Of a DNA stretch of 48,155 nucleotides, positions 35,548 to 43,492 are shown in pieces. The stretch is from an uncultured Gammaproteobacteria bacterium (GTDB lineage Bacteria; Patescibacteriota; Microgenomatia; PFEM01; CAYIUX01). The stretch covers positions 1-48,155 of the forward strand of contig CAYIUX010000001.1 in the NCBI GenBank assembly GCA_964366795.1, given 5' to 3'. The notes beneath the pieces were generated by a model, which ran no database searches, was not told the origin of the DNA, and was given only the letters and a program-made list of their open reading frames with translations. The position numbers were made by a program, and so were the translations under genes. Each line of letters starts with the position of its first letter. Position 1 is the stretch's first letter.

Positions 35548-36964
35548 AAAGAAAAAGCTTAGATTTTTATTTATAAATCCAGCCACAACTATCAGCGAAA
35601 CTCCTTATGTTCCCCTGGGGATTGCTTATTTGGCGGCCATTTTGGAGGAAAATAATATTTCTGTTTGCTGTCTTGATTATCAGATTGAGAAGCTTGATTT
35701 TCAGAAACTGCGTCGATTAATAAAAGATAAAGCTATCAATATTGTCGGCATTACTAGTACGACTCCAGCTATCTTTAATGCCTATAAAATTGTTAATTTT
35801 GTTAAAAGACTCAATCCCAAAATAAAAATTTTAATGGGAGGAATTCATCCAACCGTTCTTCCCGAAGAAGCCCTTAGTCATGGGGTTGATATTGTTGTTA
35901 GAGGTGAAGGCGAGAAAATATTTACGGAATTGGTACCATTTTTAGCTGGAGGAAAAGCAAAAAATCTTGCCAAAATTAAAGGTATTTCCTTCAAAGTAGG
36001 GAAAAAATTTAGTCACAATCCTCCTCAAGAAAGAATAACGGATTTGGATGGAATACCATTTCCGGCTAGACATCTCTTTGAGTTTCCCAAAAATTATATG
36101 CCCTTTTTAAAACTAAAAAAGGAGGAATTTTCTGCCCATCTTATCAGTAGTCGTGGTTGTACTGGTAAATGCGTTTTTTGTAATAAACAAATATTTTCTC
36201 GACAGATTGCCTCTCGGTCAGCGGAAAATATTGTTGAAGAAATAAAAATGCTTAAAGATAAATATGGAATAAAAGAAATCTCTTTTGCCGATGATTTTTT
36301 CACTTTTGATGCTAAAAGAGTCAAGGAAATCTGTAGACTACTGATTAAAGAAAAACTAAATATCAAATGGGCCTGTTCGAATACTCGAGTTGATGTTCTT
36401 GATAAAAAAATGTTTGAGTTAATGAAAGCCAGTGGCTGTTATCGAGTTTTGTTTGGGGTGGAGTCCGGGAACAATCAAGTTCTGAAAAAAATTGGCAAAG
36501 ATATTACTTTAGGTGAGGTAAAAAAAGCTTTTAAGACGGCGCAAAAGGCTGGATTGTTGACCGGAGGTTATTTCATTATTGGCCATCATGTCGATACCCC
36601 TCGGACGATTAATCAAACTATAAATTTTGCCAAAAATTTGAATGCCGATGCAGTTCAGTTTACGATTAATACCCCTTTTCCAGGAACGGCTCTTCACCAA
36701 ATTTTAAAAAGCAAAGGCTGGTTGCTTTCGGAAAACTGGGAGGATTATCAGATGTTTGAAAAACCGCTGTTTTTTACCGATAAATTATCGCCCGGATTTA
36801 TCTTGAAAATGTATAAAAAAGCCTGGCTAACCTGTTATTTATTTAATTACAAGTTTATTCTCAAACATCTTAAAAAATTATTTTCCAGTAAGGAGAATTT
36901 CTATTTTTATATTTTATCTTTAAAACAAGTCCTCAAAAGATTTTTGGGTAAGAGATTATACTAA
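35516..36964 (+). CDS. B12-binding (class B) radical SAM enzyme
   Basis: The tracked ORF starts at 35459. ATG 35516 gives MDYQIKLSESEKKKLRFLFINP..., matching the 'LLINP' N-termini of the paralogues and overlapping the upstream gene by 32 nt. Motifs are MGGIHPTVLPEE and VRGEGE. The cluster motif is SRGCTGKCVFCNK. Confidence 0.83.
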   Translation: MDYQIKLSESEKKKLRFLFINPATTISETPYVPLGIAYLAAILEENNISVCCLDYQIEKLDFQKLRRLIKDKAINIVGITSTTPAIFNAYKIVNFVKRLNPKIKILMGGIHPTVLPEEALSHGVDIVVRGEGEKIFTELVPFLAGGKAKNLAKIKGISFKVGKKFSHNPPQERITDLDGIPFPARHLFEFPKNYMPFLKLKKEEFSAHLISSRGCTGKCVFCNKQIFSRQIASRSAENIVEEIKMLKDKYGIKEISFADDFFTFDAKRVKEICRLLIKEKLNIKWACSNTRVDVLDKKMFELMKASGCYRVLFGVESGNNQVLKKIGKDITLGEVKKAFKTAQKAGLLTGGYFIIGHHVDTPRTINQTINFAKNLNADAVQFTINTPFPGTALHQILKSKGWLLSENWEDYQMFEKPLFFTDKLSPGFILKMYKKAWLTCYLFNYKFILKHLKKLFSSKENFYFYILSLKQVLKRFLGKRLY

Positions 36965-38178
36965 AGCACCCCCATTTTTTTAAGGGCGTTGATGTAGGAA
37001 TTTTCCCAGGTGTTGTGTTTGATATATTTTATCGCTGCCTGGCGCGTTTTTTGATAAAGATTGGCGTTGGTTAGTAATTTAACTACGGTTTCGGCAAAGT
37101 CCTTAGGATTATCTTTGGTGATTAGACCTCCTCCTGCTTCAGCTATTTCTCTTCCAAGAGGGGGAACTTGGGTGGTTACAATTGGCAAGCCAGCAGCTAA
37201 ATAAAGTCTTAATTTTGTCGCATCAGCATACCAGCGGTGAGAACCGGGAATTGCCAGGTATGGGGCAATTCCGATTTGAAATCGCCGAATAAGTCCGGAT
37301 AGCTTGACGGGGTTCAAAATGAGCCCATGGAATAAAACTGATTTTTGAAGATTTAATTTATCCACTAATTTTTTTAATTTCTTCTCATCCGGACCATCTC
37401 CTCCGTAAATATGAAGTTTGATATTGGGGATTTTTCTTTTAATTAAAGGAATGGCTTTTATTCCCAGGTCAACCCCATTTTCTTTGCCAAATGTCCCGGC
37501 ATAAACTAAGGTGTTTGGTTTAAGAGCGTTTAAGGAAAGATAATCGATTTGTTTGGGAAATAAAGCATTGGGAACATTAATTTCCGGGGCAGATTTTCTT
37601 GGGTCAAGACCAGCTTTAATTCGGGCTGGCTGCATTGCCTTAGAAACATCCCAGATGAAATCTGCTTTGGTAGCGCAAAAACGGTCAAGCCAAAGATAAA
37701 AGTTGTTCAGCCAACGGCTTGGATACCGATTAGGAGAATAATCGGAAACATAATAAACAACTATTTGAATTCGCCCAAGTTTTTTAAGAATTACCCCGGC
37801 TAAAGTATTAACTGATTCCAGACCAATAAAAAGTTGATATTTTTGTCCAGAAAAGATTCCCCATTCTAAAACCGCCAAAAAATCTCTTAGTTTGAAAGAG
37901 ATTTGAGTTTTAGAAACATTGGTTAATTTTAAAAGTGGATAAAGTAAAAAGGATGTTTTTGCTAAAAAGAATTTTTGTAATTTTCCATTTTTATAGATTT
38001 CAATTCTAGAAATTACCCGATCGCTGCCCGGATGAGGTCCGTCGATAAGGTCAATTCTAGTCACTCGGGGAGAAAAAAAACTTAAAAGCGGTTCAATCAT
38101 CCCGTTAATAGGAGTGCGTTTTCCTTTTGTCCAGACAGCAAAGGTAGCGATTAAGATATTTGGAAAAAGCATCCCCAT
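36961..38178 (-). CDS. GT4-like glycosyltransferase (atypical)
   Basis: 405 aa. The C-terminal GT-B half reads LVYAGTFGKENGVDLGIKA...LHIYGGDGPDE...GIAPYLAIPGSHRWYADATKLRLYLAAGLPIVTT. It converges on the operon end and its stop overlaps that gene's stop by 4 nt. Confidence 0.7.
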   Translation of the reverse strand: MGMLFPNILIATFAVWTKGKRTPINGMIEPLLSFFSPRVTRIDLIDGPHPGSDRVISRIEIYKNGKLQKFFLAKTSFLLYPLLKLTNVSKTQISFKLRDFLAVLEWGIFSGQKYQLFIGLESVNTLAGVILKKLGRIQIVVYYVSDYSPNRYPSRWLNNFYLWLDRFCATKADFIWDVSKAMQPARIKAGLDPRKSAPEINVPNALFPKQIDYLSLNALKPNTLVYAGTFGKENGVDLGIKAIPLIKRKIPNIKLHIYGGDGPDEKKLKKLVDKLNLQKSVLFHGLILNPVKLSGLIRRFQIGIAPYLAIPGSHRWYADATKLRLYLAAGLPIVTTQVPPLGREIAEAGGGLITKDNPKDFAETVVKLLTNANLYQKTRQAAIKYIKHNTWENSYINALKKMGVL

Positions 38179-38213
38179 TATGATATCATCGCATTTAATT
38201 GCTGTAAAGAAAA

Positions 38214-38864
38214 ATGATAATTAAGAAGTTAAAACAGTTTTTAGTTGACATTGGAGATGCTTCATACTATAAGAAACTGGAAAGTGAGCTTAGAGGAATG
38301 GATTCGGTTTTAGATTTGGGGTGTGGGAGTAATTCGCCTTTAGCAAAAATAAAAAAGCATTTTAAAAGCGTTGGTTTGGATAGTTACAAACCAAGTCTGG
38401 AAAAAAGTAAAAAAGCTAAAATTCACGATGACTATCGATTTGGGGATGTAACTAAAATAGATAAATTTTACCCACCCAAAAGTTTTGATGCAGTTATTGC
38501 TTTGGATTTAATTGAACATTTAAGAAAGAGTCAAGCTTTAGATTTAATCAGTAAAATGGAAAAAATTGCCAGAAAAAAGGTGATTTTGCTTACTCCTCAA
38601 GGGTTTCTAAAACAGCCCGCTTGGGAGGGAAACCCCTTTCAAAAACATCTTTCCAGTTGGAGTTTAAAAGAGCTTAAAAATTTAGGTTTTAAATGTTGGG
38701 GAATGAGAGGTTTGAAGTTTATTAGGGGTGAATTTGCGAGTATTAAATATAAACCTTGGATTTTTTGGGGATTAATTTCGGTTTTATCACAAGTTTTTGT
38801 TTATTATTTTCCCAGACTTGCTTTTCAGATATTTGCTGTCAAAGAATTGGAGGCTAATAAATGA
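38214..38864 (+). CDS. Class I SAM-dependent methyltransferase
   Basis: 216 aa. Motif I is VLDLGCGSNSPL. Other motifs are FDAVIALDLIEHL and KVILLTPQG. It has a hydrophobic C-terminal tail. Confidence 0.72.
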   Translation: MIIKKLKQFLVDIGDASYYKKLESELRGMDSVLDLGCGSNSPLAKIKKHFKSVGLDSYKPSLEKSKKAKIHDDYRFGDVTKIDKFYPPKSFDAVIALDLIEHLRKSQALDLISKMEKIARKKVILLTPQGFLKQPAWEGNPFQKHLSSWSLKELKNLGFKCWGMRGLKFIRGEFASIKYKPWIFWGLISVLSQVFVYYFPRLAFQIFAVKELEANK

Positions 38865-39871
38865 AATATAAGACCATCTTAATTGCCGGGGGAGCGGGAT
38901 TTATTGGAACAAATATTGGCGAACTTGCTTTAAAGAGAGGATATAAAGTTATTATTTTTGATAATTTTGTTCGTCCCGGGGTTGAAGAGAACGCTGTTTA
39001 TTTAGAAAAACTTGGGGGAAAAATTATTCGGGGAGATGTTCGCTCGATTGACGATTTAACGCGGTTGCCTAAGATTAACGCCATTATTAATTTAGCCGCT
39101 AATCCTGGTATTCCCTGGTCAATTAAATGGCCCCTTTATGATTTTAGTATTAATACCCTAGGAGCTTTAAATCTTTTGGAAATGGCCCGAAAATTAGGCA
39201 ACACTCCCGTTTTATTTGCCTCAACTAACAAAATCTATTCTGAGGAAATTAACGAAATCCCTATGGTCGAAAGAAAGACAAGATATGTTTGGAAAGATAA
39301 AAAATTTAAGGGGATTAATGAGGAATTTCCTATGGATAGTGCTGGCAAGTATCCTCATTCCCCTTACGGTTGTTCTAAAGCGGCGGCTGATTTATATCAT
39401 CAAGAATATTTCCATATTTATGGAGTGCCCACGGTAGTTAACCGGATGAGTTGTATTTACGGTTTACACCAAAAAGGAGTTGAGGATCAAGGATGGTTAT
39501 GGTGGTTTGTTGAGGCGAAAAAGAAAAACCTGCCCTTAAATATTTACGGTAATGGTAAACAGGTGAGGGATGCTTTATTTGGCACTGATTTAGCCGAACT
39601 TTATCTTGAAGAATTGGAAAATATCAAAAAACATCAAGGACAGGTCTATAATGTTGGGGGCGGACTGAAAAATACCGTTTCCCTCCTTGAAGTAATAGAT
39701 TATCTTAATAAAAAAGGCGGGAAGAAATTAAAATTAAAATTTTATCCCTGGCGACCGGCAGACCATCGGATTTATATCAGCGATATTACCAAAATTACAG
39801 CTAATTCAAAATGGAAACCCAAAACTACAGTTTGGCAGGGAATTGATAAAATGTGGGAAGCAATGGAATGA
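38861..39871 (+). CDS. NAD-dependent sugar epimerase/dehydratase (extended SDR; CDP-paratose 2-epimerase-like)
   Basis: 336 aa. The NAD-binding motif is IAGGAGFIGTN and the catalytic motif is YGCSKAAADLY (YxxxK). MSCIYGLHQKGVEDQGWLWWF and GNGKQVRD resemble the CDP-tyvelose/paratose 2-epimerase subgroup. Confidence 0.85.
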   Translation: MKYKTILIAGGAGFIGTNIGELALKRGYKVIIFDNFVRPGVEENAVYLEKLGGKIIRGDVRSIDDLTRLPKINAIINLAANPGIPWSIKWPLYDFSINTLGALNLLEMARKLGNTPVLFASTNKIYSEEINEIPMVERKTRYVWKDKKFKGINEEFPMDSAGKYPHSPYGCSKAAADLYHQEYFHIYGVPTVVNRMSCIYGLHQKGVEDQGWLWWFVEAKKKNLPLNIYGNGKQVRDALFGTDLAELYLEELENIKKHQGQVYNVGGGLKNTVSLLEVIDYLNKKGGKKLKLKFYPWRPADHRIYISDITKITANSKWKPKTTVWQGIDKMWEAME

Positions 39872-42800
39872 AAAAAGTACTAATTGATATTTTTCTTATT
39901 TTTCTTTTAAGTTTAACTCCGCTTTTATGGTTCAGACCTGGGGAGATTATGGTTGGTCATGATAATATTTTTCCCCTAGACCCTCAATCTTTTCTTGAAG
40001 GGAGGCTTTATACCTGGAGTCAAAATAAAGCCCTTGGTCAGAATCAATCTTTAATTATGGGAAGTATTCCCATTCATTTTATCGATGCCTTGCCGTCTCT
40101 TTTAGGTTTTTCCCTGCAAACTACTCAAAAGATAGTTTACGTTTTTTGGTTTTTTCTAATTGGACTTTCTGTTTATATATTGGCTTCTTTGATAAATGAA
40201 AAAAGCCGTTTTTTTAAACTATTTGTGACTGTTTTTTATCAGTTTAACTTTTTTATTCTTCAAGGATGGTGGATAGGAGAACGGACTAAATTTTCTGCTT
40301 ATATTGCTTTGCCTCTCGTGCTCTCGGTATTTCTTTTGGTTTATCAGCGAAAAATTAGTATTTTAAAGGCGGCAATTTTAAATTCCCTAATTCTTTTTTT
40401 CTTTAACGCTGGTGGGCTTTTCGGAATTCCTCTTTATGGGGGGCTTTTTGTTTCTGTTGGCTTGTTTATCGTTTTCTTTTTCCTAATGAGTTTTCTTCAA
40501 AAAGAATATTCACTGGCTAAAAATTTAATTTTGGTAGCGGTTTTAACTATGGTTGGTTTTTTGCTGGTTAATTCATATTATCTTGTACCTGCCTTAAGTC
40601 AATTTTTTGGTCAGTATGGTTCGCGGCTAGGAGGGATAGGTGGTATTTCTGGAGTTCTTGCTTGGGCGCAAGAGATTAGCGTTGGGGCTAGCTTTACCAA
40701 TCTTTTCCGACTCCAGGGAATAGCTGAATGGTATGACAATCCTCAACATCCTTACGCAAAATATTTTTTGACCAACCCAATTTTGATTTCAATAAGTTTT
40801 ATTTGGCCACTTTTAATTTTTCTTTCTTTAATTCTTGTTAGAAAAAAAAGAGAAGCTAAATATATTCTCTATTTCTTTCTTGTTTATCTGGTGGGAATAT
40901 TTTTTACCGCCGGAACTCATCCACCTCTAGGTTTAATTTACCAATTGTTTGTCCAATTTATCCCTGGTTTTGCCATCTTTAGAACTCCTTTTTATAAATT
41001 TGCTCCAGCCTTGTTTATTTCTAGTGCTTTTCTTTGTGCTTTTACCCTTGATTATTTAAGAGAAAAAATTGGAAAACATAAAGTTTTAACATTAATTTTT
41101 AGTTGTTTTTGGATTTTTCTGATTTTAGGTTATCATTTTCCCTATTTTACCGGCAATTTTTTTAATTGGCGAGAAAATTTTTCCACCAGACTTAAAATAC
41201 CCCAGTCTGTTTTTGATTTTGGTAATTGGTTGGAAAAAGATAAGAAAGATGATTCCCGGGTGCTTTTTTTGCCACCGAATAATCCAGACTGGCAATACGA
41301 TATTTATAAATGGGGCTATTTAAGCTTAGAACCTCTAGGTTGGCTTTTAAATAAACAGCCGTTAGTCTATGTAAACAGCCAAAATCTTAACAAAGAAGAA
41401 CAGCCTCTTTTAGAATTAACCTATAAGTCTTTAATTAATGGGGAAAAAGAACTTTTTGAACGACTGGCTTTTTTACTTCGGATAAAATACTTAGTGGTCC
41501 GGAAAGACTTTTATTATGATTTAGAATGGGCGAGAACAGAGAGCCCCTTCCTGTACGAGGAGGCGATTAAGAAATTTAACTATCCTAAGAAAGAGGAGTT
41601 TGGATCCTGGGAGCTATATGAGATAGATTCGACTCAGTTGGAGAATATTTTTGCTTTTTCTCAACCAGACATTGTCGATATTTCCTTGAAAGAGATTGAG
41701 AATTATCTTAGCTTAAAACCCCAAAAGGAATCCCAGTTTATTCTGGCCGGAGATAACGCCAATTATCTCTTTCCTCAATGTCTTAACTGTCGTCATGAAA
41801 AAAAACCGCCGATTAATTTTCCTACAAGAGAGATTCTTCCTGATTCAATCATTTACCCCCTGGTTTTATTAAAGGAAAGGTTGCAGTTAAAAGAAACAGA
41901 CCAAAAGAGCATGATTTATGACAATATAGGTCTATCGCTCAAGCGAACGGCTGAGATTAGAGAAATGATTTTGCAACGAAAAGAACTTAAGAGTGAATAC
42001 ATCCAAGGCTATCTTGATCTTTTACAAAGAACTAGTCAGCAATATGACCAAATTCAGGAATTCGAAGACAAGTTTCAGATTGCCGAAGATCTTGACTATT
42101 TTTTGGAAGCCCAAAATGACTATTTCCTTGAACCTCTTTTGGAAAGACGGGTAATTTATGCAGAAGATGAAAGAGAAATCAAAAAAGTATTTCTTGCTAT
42201 TCAAGACTTTAGAGGAAAGATTAATCCTTTTCTTTTAAAAAAGGATAAATCTAATAATCGACTTTATTCTTTTAGTCTTGACGCAACGGGCCCTTACGAG
42301 TTGTTACTTAGACGTGAGAGCATTGAAGCTATTCTTGACAAAAAACTTGAGGTAACAGTCGTTATCGATGAAAGCCTTGAAAAGAAATTTGAGATTGAGC
42401 TTGAAGATTTAGAGAACAGTAGCTATCTCAGGCTGGGGAGGATAGAGCTTGAAAAAGGCAAACATTATCTTTTATTGTCTCTACCACCTCTTCCCAACCT
42501 TACAAAAGAAGTTGTCTTTTCGGAAGAAAATTTGTGGGGTAAACAAATGAAATGTTTCTCCTCTAAAATCATGGAATTCGATAACCTAAAAGTTTACAAA
42601 AGTGATCTTTTTTATGAAAATGATTTTTCTGATGATTTCTTGATGGTTATTCAGCAAAAGAATGAAAATGGTGAGCGGTTGGAAAATCTTTTTGAGTTTA
42701 TTAGTGGTTATGGCGAAAAACACTTCGAAGAGCTAATTTATTCAAAGAAAAATATTGAAGAGGTTTCTGTTGGACTTTGTTCACCTGAATTATCAAAAGA

Positions 42801-43179
42801 GCTCTTAGATACAAAAACAAGGCTACGGGTTATAGAAGTTATGCATCCCTCAATTGTTCTCACCACCGAAAAGGCCCAAAAAGCTCAAGTGATGCCGATT
42901 GCTTATGAAAAAATTAATCCGACAAAGTATCGCTTAAAGGTTCAAGACGCGGAGGTGCCTTTCTTTCTTGCTTTCATGGAGAGATACAACCACGGTTGGC
43001 AACTGACTGGATTTGAAGAGTCGCATTTTAGACTAAATGGTTATGCCAATGGTTGGCAGGTTAACCAAAAAGGAGATTATGACCTTATTTTTGAATACCA
43101 GCCGCAACGACTATTTTATTGGGGCGTCTTTATTTCTATTTTGATGATTGTTGTAAGTTTATTATATCTAATTCGATGA
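39868..43179 (+). CDS. Large GT-C membrane protein, AftD/DUF3367-like (alpha-(1->3)-arabinofuranosyltransferase family architecture)
   Basis: The tracked ORF starts at 39853. ATG 39868 forms an ATGA overlap and gives about 1103 aa. The N-terminal loop GHDNIFPLDPQSFLEGRLYTWSQNKALGQNQS resembles the DTK-DL-DP-FL...W...FGxxQN signature. The central motif is HPPLGLIYQLFVQFIPGFAIFRTPFYKF. A large soluble region is followed by a C-terminal YNHGWQL...NGYANGWQV...FEYQP motif and a final TM anchor. Confidence 0.65.
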   Translation: MKKVLIDIFLIFLLSLTPLLWFRPGEIMVGHDNIFPLDPQSFLEGRLYTWSQNKALGQNQSLIMGSIPIHFIDALPSLLGFSLQTTQKIVYVFWFFLIGLSVYILASLINEKSRFFKLFVTVFYQFNFFILQGWWIGERTKFSAYIALPLVLSVFLLVYQRKISILKAAILNSLILFFFNAGGLFGIPLYGGLFVSVGLFIVFFFLMSFLQKEYSLAKNLILVAVLTMVGFLLVNSYYLVPALSQFFGQYGSRLGGIGGISGVLAWAQEISVGASFTNLFRLQGIAEWYDNPQHPYAKYFLTNPILISISFIWPLLIFLSLILVRKKREAKYILYFFLVYLVGIFFTAGTHPPLGLIYQLFVQFIPGFAIFRTPFYKFAPALFISSAFLCAFTLDYLREKIGKHKVLTLIFSCFWIFLILGYHFPYFTGNFFNWRENFSTRLKIPQSVFDFGNWLEKDKKDDSRVLFLPPNNPDWQYDIYKWGYLSLEPLGWLLNKQPLVYVNSQNLNKEEQPLLELTYKSLINGEKELFERLAFLLRIKYLVVRKDFYYDLEWARTESPFLYEEAIKKFNYPKKEEFGSWELYEIDSTQLENIFAFSQPDIVDISLKEIENYLSLKPQKESQFILAGDNANYLFPQCLNCRHEKKPPINFPTREILPDSIIYPLVLLKERLQLKETDQKSMIYDNIGLSLKRTAEIREMILQRKELKSEYIQGYLDLLQRTSQQYDQIQEFEDKFQIAEDLDYFLEAQNDYFLEPLLERRVIYAEDEREIKKVFLAIQDFRGKINPFLLKKDKSNNRLYSFSLDATGPYELLLRRESIEAILDKKLEVTVVIDESLEKKFEIELEDLENSSYLRLGRIELEKGKHYLLLSLPPLPNLTKEVVFSEENLWGKQMKCFSSKIMEFDNLKVYKSDLFYENDFSDDFLMVIQQKNENGERLENLFEFISGYGEKHFEELIYSKKNIEEVSVGLCSPELSKELLDTKTRLRVIEVMHPSIVLTTEKAQKAQVMPIAYEKINPTKYRLKVQDAEVPFFLAFMERYNHGWQLTGFEESHFRLNGYANGWQVNQKGDYDLIFEYQPQRLFYWGVFISILMIVVSLLYLIR

Positions 43180-43490
43180 GATTTACTTTTGGAAAGACAA
43201 AAATTTTGTTAATTTTAATTCTTTTGTCCCTCTCTTTAGTTTTTAGGGAGTTGCCTTATGTTAATGTTCTCGTTGCTGGAAAACTCTGGATTTTTTATGG
43301 CTTACTTCTGCTTTTTTTAATTTTTCCCTGGAAAATCCACCACTTGCCGTTAGTTTTATTGAGCCTGTTTCTTTTATTAATTGCTTTTTTGCTTACATTA
43401 GTTAAGCTTTATAATTTTTCTGAGATCTTGGGAATTGCTATTTATTTTCTTTTATGGTTGGCGGTTATTTCAAAAATAACCAAGGCTTAA
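43176..43490 (+). CDS. Small integral membrane protein (about 104 aa, 3-4 TM)
   Basis: The tracked ORF starts at 43119. ATG 43176 forms an ATGA overlap with the upstream stop. The sequence is MRFTFGKTKILLILILLSLSL... and is highly hydrophobic. No family was recognised. Confidence 0.5.
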   Translation: MRFTFGKTKILLILILLSLSLVFRELPYVNVLVAGKLWIFYGLLLLFLIFPWKIHHLPLVLLSLFLLLIAFLLTLVKLYNFSEILGIAIYFLLWLAVISKITKA

Positions 43491-43492
43491 AA

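Noticed and set aside
38180-38189. Perfect 10-nt palindrome ATGATATCAT in the divergent gap between the GT4 (minus strand) and the methyltransferase (plus strand), considered as an operator site.
   Set aside because: It is a single short AT-rich palindrome overlapping the minus-strand start region. No regulator gene is nearby and there is no second copy in the window, so chance occurrence is plausible.
58-43492. Upstream-extended start codons given by the ORF track (58, 16620, 26390, 35459, 39853, 43119, 43454; also GTG 14151 and TTG 46569).
   Set aside because: In each case a downstream ATG sits exactly at or 1-3 nt after the preceding stop (often as ATGA). It yields an N-terminus matching the paralogues or a proper signal/TM start, whereas the extension overlaps the upstream gene's conserved C-terminus.
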